Assembly: GCF_006345805.1 (NCBI RefSeq)
Contig: NC_042997.1
Span: 6,634,001-6,698,000 of the forward strand
DNA from: Octopus sinensis
Taxonomy: Eukaryota
Length of the DNA: 64,000 nucleotides
Direction: 5' to 3'
The position numbers and the translations under genes are program-made. Below are positions 53,433 to 64,000 of this stretch, one piece after another (the first letter of the stretch is position 1; the number at the start of each line of letters is the position of its first letter). A model generated the notes under the pieces. That model was not told the DNA's origin and ran no database searches. It saw nothing but the letters and a program-made list of their open reading frames with translations.

Positions 53433-54105
53433 TATAACTGAGAGAAACCATTTATTTATTTACATATTAAAGGCTATATTTACACGCATATACATACAAA
53501 CACACATACATATACATACATATATATACAGTCAGAGAGAGAGAGAGAGAGGAGAGAGAGAAAGACAGAGGTGCAGAGAGAGGAAATAAAGAGAGGATGT
53601 TGTAGACATCTGTTCACCGATACATACAACATTAGATGATTTTTATTGCTTGAGTACATATTTAATAATCTCTTGTCTCTGGGATTGAAATGCAAATACC
53701 GTAATATTGTATTCATACATTTTTCATGCGATATTTCATCTTCAGTTGAATTGTTAAAATATTTACAGTGCTTGTGTGTAAGAATAAGTTTAAGTGTTTT
53801 GAGCAACGATCGTCATATTTCAGTTGAGTATTCCATGTGCAAGAAACTACATCAATTTTTTTTTTGTTTTGTTTTTTATCCTTCATGCTTTTCTTTCGTA
53901 AAGACTTACTTGAATCCACAGTGACTACAATGCAGAAAATTGGTATCTTTAATCCAAACAGTATGATTATCAACTAGTAACTCTGTTCGAAAGAATATAC
54001 AGGAGGAAATGTACACTAGCGAGACTCAGGTTGACCATAAACAGACATATATAATTAAAGGTATGTGATGTATGTGTATGTACACTCATATGTATATACA
54101 CACAG

Positions 54106-54189
<84 letters not shown>

Positions 54190-56510
54190 TATATATATAT
54201 AAAGAGAGAGATAAAATGTAAGCAAGATAAGTTAACTTATCAAAGTAGCATAAAAATGAAGTGACGTATGCAGAAAATATTGAAATCTAGTTCAAGTGTA
54301 TTTACCATATGGATTACATAACTATGGAGAGATGAAACACGATTAGATTGCAAGTCTCATTTTAATCCTACGTTGTAGCCAAAACCGTCTTTAAATTGAC
54401 ATGTTTTCTTTTATAACGAAAGACAAGTGTATGCCTAGTTTATATTTTGATATTCAATATTTCATGCCGAATGCATATGTAGCTACATTTAATGTCCACT
54501 TACATTAAAATGCATTGTGTCTGGAAGAGTACTATGTATTCAACTGCTGTCAGTCAATGCGTACTTAATGGAACATAATCATGGAAACATATGATAAAAT
54601 GTTATCTTTGTTGGGATAAATATTTGAACCTTTTGAAGCTCATGGTCTGCAACGTTTGATTTATGATATAAAAAAGTCGTAGTGACAGATTATAGAATGA
54701 GAGGACTAAAAGCACTTAAATATCCCTCTACAGGTAGTGATCTAATATTAGCAAAAATATATAAGTGTACCGGATATCCACAAATAAAGAAATGCTATTT
54801 TTCATAGATGTAAACATCGGGTGTTGTTCTATATTCATGAAATATGCCTCAATTAGAAGTTTAATAAATCCCAAAAGGAAGACTATGCTAAACCAAATGA
54901 CTCAATATTTTTGTTTGAACTCTTTCATTTCCATTTTTGTTGAACACTGATTATATTTGAGCAAGATTTTCCAGCATTTAGTTGATTATAAATCCATTGT
55001 GCAAAGACTTGTATGCACATTGTTGTTCAATACGGAATATTACAAGTAAAACTTAATAGGTGCGGCGCAAACAAATATTAATTCTCATGTACGACTCTGT
55101 TATTGCAATAATTCACAAATAGGTATGATGGAGAAATTTACTTCGCCTTGAATAGCAATATATTATAGGAAAATGTGAAGAGTCCGTACATAGGAGAACA
55201 ACATAGAGTGAATTATTGTACCAAGATCAACAGAGAGATGTGCTATGATGTCAAAGAGAGGTAATTTCACGAGTTCACTTTTAGTGGGAAACAGAACAAA
55301 ACAACGTTTAATTCGCATAGTCATTGATAGTTTACACTACAATTTGCTATACAACCACTATATTGAATTATTTTCACAGTAATCACCGAGGTCTGCCAAT
55401 ATACCGCAGAGCTCATCATACTTCTAACAGGCAAAGTGCAACTTGGTAAAGTGGAATGTTATACCTAGTGAGAATCTAACCCTGCACAGTCACGCAAAGC
55501 AACGTTCCTTCTTGATCAGATGATTAAGACACCCTCAGTCCTAGAGTTACTCTATTGAAATTTCGTATAACTTTTATATAACTGCGTCCATTGTGATGAA
55601 AAATCTTTATAAGTCTTCAAGTGGAATGAATATTCTGTCCTTGTTTTAGAAATATGTGATTAGGTATATTTTTTAGCGTCACTGATTAATGTCCTATATC
55701 TGCTAATTTACAGACGCAATTCCTCATCTATTTGAGTACTTTTGAGTGGGATAACGCTGTTATATATCAGATAAATAATAGGGGTGTATAAGCAACTAAA
55801 AATCATTAATGCATTTATGCATTTATGCATTAATACTTTCCTAATGATAATCAAAATCGCCGACAGACAGTTTATCCACTATTTGGAAGTGATATGTAAA
55901 ACATTGTTTTACACAGCAATTCCACATATGGAACAAGGAAGGTCATGTATTATTCTGAACTTCGTGCACCGCTTCTCAACAATACCAGGGCTGCAAGTGA
56001 TAGCCAGAAGGTAACTCATAGCTTATCCAGAAAAATAATCCGTTTGAATATTGCTGTATAAGCAAATGATAGTATGAAATCAATAATACAACACACTGGA
56101 TAAGACATTTTCGATAAAGTTTATGCATATTCTCACATAAATACTCAGCGTTATTATATTTCGAATTCAACCTGATTATTTAAAGATTAGGATAAATTCT
56201 GTATAATGTTAGTAATCAATATGTAGCGCGCGGAAAATTGTTCTCAATATATTTGATTTCTTGCAATTGTGCTTTCTCGAAATTTGATCCCTCATCCTAA
56301 TAAGCTGTTCAAATAAGAATATTTATTATATGGAAGGTCATTATTGTAAAATCCTACCCTGAAAATGTTAAATTTCTTGTTCCAAGGTCACTTATCAAAA
56401 ACAATGAAACACAAATCGAATGTCTTGATATTTATATGTATGTATGTGTGTGTGTTTGTGTGAGTGTGTGAATGTGTGTGTGTGAATGTATGTGTGTATA
56501 CATATTTATA

Positions 56511-57710
56511 CAAGGTGCGTTGAATAAATTGTCTAAATTACGCAACAATGAAAATAACACTGATATCTCATTTTAATAGATATTTCTGCGAATATAACAT
56601 AAACTATCTTGAAATACTAGAGTAAATTTATTCCAAAAAAATCGTTATTGCCTTCAACTACGATCTCCAGAAGTCTTTGGAAACTCCTGCAAATCTTCTG
56701 GGTGGTCTCCTTGTTTAAGTTGGTGAATGTTGCTATAATCATTTCCTTCAGTTATTCTTTAGTGTTAAAAAGAGTTCTCTTGGCCTCCCACTCAATTGCA
56801 CCCCACGCATATTAATCAAGGGGGCTGTAATCAATGGTGTTATTTGGCAAGATGTTAGGGGTGATATGCTAGCAGAAATTGTCTGACTGCCTTGACTGGG
56901 GTCTCCTGCTCGTGTGGCATGGTCCAGCAGCAACCCTATTCCTTCAGGGCAGTAATAACTCCGCCAGGCACTCTGTTGAGTCAGAGACCGTATGGGAATA
57001 TGAATGGAGGCATAAATTTGCTATCACTAGTAATCAATCCAAACAACATGGTATTGACTAGATGCTTGATTTTTATCACTCTCGGTACCATCTCATGCTG
57101 GCAGGTTTGTTTCTCGCCTGTGAAAAGCCAAAGCATGTTCGGTTGGAGAAGATGCATGAGTGTGATCCAAAGCTTGGTAGCATGGTTTCTCCTATTGTCC
57201 TTGATGACTTGAAATGAAAAAATTAGCCATTTCTCATTTTATCTGAGGAATACCGAATGTCATCTTGCAGTACCTGCCTGATAAAAACGTCAGCGACTCC
57301 CGTGTCTCTGGCGACGGACCACATTGACTCGGACAGATCGTTGTCAGTCACGGGCTGGATCTCACTAACGAATTCAGGAGTTCTTTTCTTATCAGAACAA
57401 CCAGAGTGGTCTTTCTGAGCTGCCGTACCTTCTTAATCTTCATTAGACTCATCCAACTCTTTCAAAATCATCTGCACTGTCCTCAGATTGACACCCAAAC
57501 ACTCTGAATTGTTCGTATTCGAGCTTACAGATCAAACACAAAGCAGTACAGTATGTCATTTTGAAATTTCTGTCAGACTAAATTGTGTCACAGTGCTGTT
57601 TCTTTCACAACTGACCTTATTATACTATGTTACCGATAAAATTAAAAGCAATTAATGTCCATGATTGAAATTAAAATAGAAAATGGTGACAATTTACCCA
57701 ACAAACACTG
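56511..57710 (-). mobile_element. Full-length decayed Tc1/mariner transposon, DD37D (maT)-like
   Basis: Degenerate TIRs CAAGGTGCGTTGAATAAATTGTC and GACAATTTACCCAACAAACACTG, TA on the left. Reverse-strand transposase remnants: LQPNMLWLFTGEK (WFFSDEK), MLFGLITSDSKFMPPFIFPYGL, RVAAG|PCHTSRR, HITPNILPNNTIDYSPLD*YAWGAIE (WPPNSPDxNPLD). Confidence 0.85.
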
Positions 57711-57711
57711 C

Positions 57712-57742
<31 letters not shown>

Positions 57743-59314
57743 TTTGTGTTTCTGCTATGTGTTGACGAATCCAAATGATCCAAATATGTTTCAGGTCAGT
57801 AATGTTTTTGATTATATGTGAGACTGTTTTATAAAACCTTGAAAGACAAATGATATGGTTATCGTTTTGAAACAAATGTATATTTGGGTTCCGTCACATA
57901 GTTTCTTAGAAGCATTTCCTTCAGTCGGTCCATCTCGTAGCATTAATTCTAAACCAAACTCACACAAATTACGGCATTACCAATATTTATTTACGGTTAG
58001 CGTTGCATTTTATTTCCAAGATTTCGATACAGAATTGTTTATATTCCATTTTAATCAAGCTGCACGTAAATAAGTTTACGAAAAGAGAGAAAAAAAGGAC
58101 AAAATTTTATTTATAACATATTCACTGATTTTTAAAATGATTCTATAACTAGAAATAATGTTGCAACCTAGCTGTAACACACCATTATTCACGGCAGTGA
58201 TCGTTGATATTTGATTTTTTGTTGTAATAAATGTTCTTATGTTTAATATTTGTTTTTCAATAAGATGTTTTTTTTATTTATTTATAGGAGAATCGAAATG
58301 TTTACGTTTACATTTATTGGGATAGTATATTGAATTTCTTTCGTTCTTGTCATGTATGAAATGCACATTGTGTTTTGTTATGTAAGTGTGCATTATATGT
58401 GGAAGGATACTTAAATGCCTGTTTTTTTATACCATTTTGTGCTCGTTTTCTTTGCATGCTATATTATATGTTCAAATTCCAATTATAATTGAATGTAAAT
58501 ATATGCCTACACACAAACACACACATATATACGCATACAGTCACACACACATAGGCACACACACACATACACATTCAAGCTTACACACCCACACACATAT
58601 ACACATTTATATATGTATTATTTACATTCCCTACACCTTGTTTCTGTTGTTACAGCAAATATCAGAACAGGGAGATGCAGACATTTGCATTTACAAATTG
58701 CGTTAGAATATTTTCATGATTCCTTCTGTTAGGAATGTGATTTTGTTTAAATCTCTGTTCAATTTTTACATTAATAACATCAAAACATAAAAACATAATT
58801 TTTATTTACACGAAATTTCATTTGATTGATACATGTACATTGAAGAATTACTCCGTGCATTTATGTGTAGGAAAGCTAGTATAGCGAATACAAATGAGCT
58901 ATTTTCTAAAGCAAGCAGTTACTTGTTCATGATGTTTTATAGGTATACAATGATCGATTTAATTTATTATCGACTGTAGTTCTTTGTGCAGTGCAGGTTA
59001 GCATAGGATAGATTCTATATATTCTACCATAAATTGCATAAATATCTCTCATTTTGCATCAAGTCGAATGTAGTAAAATATATATAAATTCACAAGAATT
59101 CATTTCAATTTGCGGAAAGCAATTGAGTGTAACTGTACCTACATGATCCTTTCATACATCATCCGTATATGCTTACACGCACACACACACACACGCGTAT
59201 TTATATATATTGATAGATAGATATGTTTCTTTATTAGCCACATAGTAGATAAATAGATAGAGAGAGAGGTAAATAGATGTGAGAGTGTGCAGGAATGTGC
59301 GTGTATATATACAC

Positions 59315-59376
<62 letters not shown>

Positions 59377-59412
59377 ACATATATATGTATATATACATAT
59401 ACAAATATGCAT

Positions 59413-59446
<34 letters not shown>

Positions 59447-59539
59447 TATGTGAAATAGAAAGATGAATAATCATGTAGTAGATTAATCAAAAGTTTAACC
59501 GATACCTTAGTAGCAAAAATCACAGCAGTAAACACCAAT

Positions 59540-59600
<61 letters not shown>

Positions 59601-59749
59601 ATATAATATATATATTATATATATATATATACATACACACACGCGCGCGCACACACACATATATACATACATACAACAATATTATAACAGTTATGGTTAA
59701 TACTAACCGTAAACAATTTCAAAATCCGAAGGAGATGACACAATTTCTA

Positions 59750-60030
59750 CCATAACATACAAGGCATGTACCGTTCGCTTACAAAGAAATTTGAAACCAT
59801 CACTGAAGTCTGTCTAAAACAGCAAAATAAGCCCATGGAAACTGGGATCAGGATAGAAGATGACAGTAAAATGATGAAAAGATGGTCACACAAAATACAT
59901 AACTATAAAGAATTCGTAAATAGCGACATCCTATCTTCACTTGTTTACCAGAAATTCGAATACTTTCGACACCTCAGCACTACAATTTAATTTGACGCAT
60001 GGACAACATCAAAGTTCTTCCTAAATGCTG
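59750..60030 (+). pseudogene. Possible RTE RT C-terminal remnant
   Basis: KF..TEV, IRIEDD, ILSSLVY..DAWT weakly resemble RTE thumb-region motifs. Confidence 0.25.
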
Positions 60031-60924
60031 CTTGAGAATAAAATACAAAGAACACTAGAAGAACATGAACTACAGGAAAATCAAATAAAATGGCTATCAC
60101 AGAACTGTTAATACTAAACATGTAAATTATAGCAATATACCATAATATAGTAATAATAACAATATACCTTAATATATTATATTAATAGCAATGCAGTATA
60201 AATGTATAAACATTTAATGCATCGTATTTAAGAGACATGATTTATGGAAACGCGTGTAGTGGTGCAGTAAATGTTTATAAATTCCAATGCAAAGCTCATT
60301 GTTATTTTAACTATATATATGCATACATATATGTATGCGTCTGTGTGTGTATTTATGTATTATGTATGTATGAATGTGTATATATATGTATATATAAGAA
60401 TTCGAACAATAGTGTGTTGACATATTACAAGCAGTTATGATTATAAATTCGCACGTGTCCTTAATTTCTGTTTAACTTTGATGTACAAAACATTTTTCTA
60501 ACTAAAAATGAACACCCTATATAAAATATTTTATACAACTGTTCCTTGTCAGTTTATGAAAGAATCGATTTAATTATAGAGAAGCTTTACACTCAATAAT
60601 AGGAGAGAATATAATACCTTAAACTCTAATGGGCTATCATTCAGAGCATATGCTAAATTGACATTATCATATCTAGAATTTGTGAGTAGCGAAGTACGCT
60701 TCAACTAGTTGTGCCATCACATGAAAGCCCAAATTATTGGTTATTATAATTTGACACGGAAGAAAAGAATGTAGCTATTGACATTAGCAATGGTTCAAGC
60801 ATCTTAAAATAAAATTCATCAATGAATTTATTTCTTTTAAATATTCCGACATAATCTTTTCTTTCATGTCAACAGTTAATGCACATTTCTTTTTTTAATA
60901 TTTATATTTTCATAAAATTCATAG

Positions 60925-61075
60925 CGGCCTTTTTTCTGTCTTTAAGTTCTATATTCGAATTCCGCTGTAGTCACCTTCGTCTTTCGTTCTTTCTGAGTCG
61001 ATAAAATAAGTACCAGTGAAAGAAGGCAGTGGATGTAATCATTTAATTCCCTCTCCCAAAATTAAAGGCCTCGTC
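60925..61075 (+). mobile_element. Degenerate SINE family D
   Basis: TTCGAATTCCGCTGTAGTCACCTTCGTCTTTCGTTCTTTCTGAGTCGATAAAATAAGTACCAG; an even older trace lies at ~62130-62230. Confidence 0.6.
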
Positions 61076-64000
61076 TGCCACCAGTAGTATTATGTCTATC
61101 TAAGGATAAACGTAATAGACAATATGTAAGCAATAACCACATAATTTAGTCAAAGCACATCAAGGCTCTATGAAGTGCAACTACTGTGCTTACAATACAA
61201 AGGCATCACAGAGCTATCATCTCTTCTTTTTCGTAATAAATCATTTTATCCCACATTGTTGAATTTAAGTAACACAATATAGGTTTCGTTACGAGACTCG
61301 ATGCTTCTGTACGGCCTTTATTAATCCCATTTTATTAAGCGTTAGCATACGGTGTAAAACATTAGAGCCCCTATTTCAATCCGAATGAAACTGTACCAAA
61401 GTATAATCTCTTGACCATCTAAACGAGCACCGCATTTTCAATGGAAATGTTTTATTTAAATGATTTTAAATCTCTGTCTCTCTCTCAATCAGCTAATCAA
61501 TCTCACTATAATCTCTACAGTTATGTATGAAAAGTACAAATATTTAACGCCAGTATTTTTGCATGGTTATATCAATACCTCATCCTGCAAAGTACAATTT
61601 CTCTCTGTTTTTGAATTCTCTGTATTGTTGGCAATAAAACATCAAGAACAACCTCAAAAGCTCACTATCGCATCGGACTGAGTATACAAGAAAATATCCT
61701 TAGAATAAATTTCTTTACTGTTTCTGTGTGGTTCGTTATTTTAGCATTTTTGTTTGAACTGACACACAGGTAAAACAGTTTGCCCAAGGAACCGAGAAAT
61801 CAATTGACGATGAAGCAGATCTCTTATCTACATGGAATATCCATATCAATATTTAGTTATTTGGGAGAAATGGTGTACAGTTGTAACAAGAATTCATTAT
61901 CGTCATATAAAATAACAACATGAATAGACTGAACGGGAATACAGAGCAAGAGTGAAATGAAGTTTAAACACCGAATCTCAAATTCCAACATCTGAAACTC
62001 TCTAACTGAATGAGATATTAAATTAATCCGACTGTGTGTATATAACATGATGATTCTTTAAAAAAAAATTCAAAACATGTAACTCAGAATTTGAAATAAA
62101 CTATAGATTGATGGGTTAACTGCCAAATGTTTGTATTATTTTCAATCGTATATTCTGAGTTAAAATCCTTTTAGGGTCGAATTTATGTTTCATTAATGTA
62201 TGGTGGATATAATAAGTAACACTAATATTCTGAAATCAATTTGATAGTATTGTAAAACGTGAGATTACAAATTTGCGAAAGAAAAACAAAATATCCACCT
62301 GCAGTATAATAATGTAGAACTGCTTTTATGTCTTTTACTCTTGTATTCATAATTTATGTCTGCCATGTCGTAATGCGTTATGTAGTAGAGCCATCATGTG
62401 AAATCTGTTAGAAAGATTTGCGAAAGCAAAATGCAAATATATTAATGGATGTTACTATAATTACAGAATCTTTGTAACTTTAGATATTATATAAAAATAG
62501 AGATAACCATTAGTTTCACTTTGGAAGTAATGCAAAATTATTAATTGAATTCTAAACAATACATTCAATATTCCCCGTTTTACGTTTAGAAAATGTAGTG
62601 AACTAATTCCGTTATTTGTTTCAATAACTTTATTTTGATTTGTTTTGATTTTTATCACAATTCAAATAGTTTGCCTTTCCTTTCATTTCAAAAATGGCAA
62701 TAGCACACGATTATCATATTTTCTTCTGTACACAATAACTTCATTCATATTCCTATGTCTTATTTTCCACATTATAAAATTGTCTAATGACGAAACTAAG
62801 GAGATAAATCAGTTCAAATTCAGTGCAACTCTGATTTCTCTTTAGGGTATCTTTATCGTGTGCATTTTACAAATATTTCTTAAGGACTATTTTCAAGCAA
62901 ACCATTTGAATAGCACAAATGCCTCGTTAGAGCTCGTTATAAACTTAGATAATTGGAAGAACTTATTAATGTTTGGAGAAAATGGAGTTCAGTTGAAGAA
63001 TTTATAAACAATGAAATTGCATCACGCTATATACTACTACCAATTTTTATGAAAAAGAAAAAAGAAATAGAATTTGAATTACATTTATACAACATCTACT
63101 CCTAACGTTCATTTAGAGTAATTGGATATCGGAGTATATGTTATTTTTAGATCGAACTTAACAGTCACTGATTTTTATATTCATTATATGTATTCGTATT
63201 GTAAGATATAAAAATAGTTCAATAGCGATAATAATTTTGTACTTGGATGCTACTTTTTGTATATGGATTTCAGAAGTAATTGCATTAATATAATCCTTTT
63301 TGTCTGTGGCTGTGTATTTGTACAAAGGAGCGTATTTAATTCATATGGCTCACAATACACCAAAGAAAATGTATAAGTGCATTAATAAAAATATGTGAAT
63401 AGAATTTGCCATAAATTTAAACGTTATCATACTGAAAAATACATTCTACTTTATAATAAAATAAACGAACGTCGGTTGAAAATGAGCATAAACATGGAGA
63501 TATGTTAAGGTTAACGAGTAAAGGCATATAAACAATTGCTCATGCACATTTGCAAGATAAAATGAGGTCAGGGGCACAGTTTCACTTATTTTCCTTATTA
63601 AGACTTACCAATATCAAATTTATTAGCAATCAATATGCGAAATTATAATACCAACTTCACGAAACAGATTGTAAAAAGAAGCATAATTCTTTAATATAAA
63701 CTAATATGCGTTCATTATTTACAGTGGCTAATTAATTACATTGTTCTCAACAATTCATACTGTCTGTTCACTATTTTATTTGTAATATTTTTTTCTTTTT
63801 CACCAAATAATGCGAACATTTACAAGTCTACTATGCAGTTTATAAGTTGACTATTTACATTCTTTCGATTAAATCTTATACCATTCTATAGATGCAAATT
63901 AGTTATTTCACTTTTAATTAACCAAACATATATTAAGTGTTTGTTATGTAAATTGCTTCCGATGCAAGTATGTATCATATAATTTAATGTCGATTCATTT

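Overview
AT-rich, microsatellite-dense eukaryotic non-coding DNA. The SINE families and TA/TG/ATAC/TAA repeat content look like an Octopus (cephalopod) genome; this is inferred from repeat recognition, not from a search. I found no credible host protein-coding exon: almost all ORF-track entries are microsatellite translations (IYIY/CVCV/HTHT) or antisense frames of decayed transposons. The window is a transposon graveyard: several tRNA-derived SINE families, a ~3.1 kb R4/Dong-type RLE non-LTR retrotransposon plus four more RLE remnants, a Neptune-type Penelope-like element (GIY-YIG) with an inverted 3' copy, RTE remnants, a full-length dead DD37D/maT-like mariner, two Helentron-type HINEs (one carrying a nested MITE), a probable Academ remnant and several fold-back elements. 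The most notable signals are RNA-level. (i) A 351-bp near-perfect palindrome (1340-1690) carries a minimal type I hammerhead ribozyme on each strand. (ii) An HDV-like ribozyme fold (1952-2003) sits at the 5' end of an RTE-related non-autonomous element 260 bp away. (iii) Further degenerate hammerhead motifs occur at ~10.3, 19.3, 24.6 and 31.3 kb, and the outward-facing inverted architecture recurs at 11.9-13.3 kb and 24.6 kb. All protein and RNA assignments were made by eye and need profile searches.
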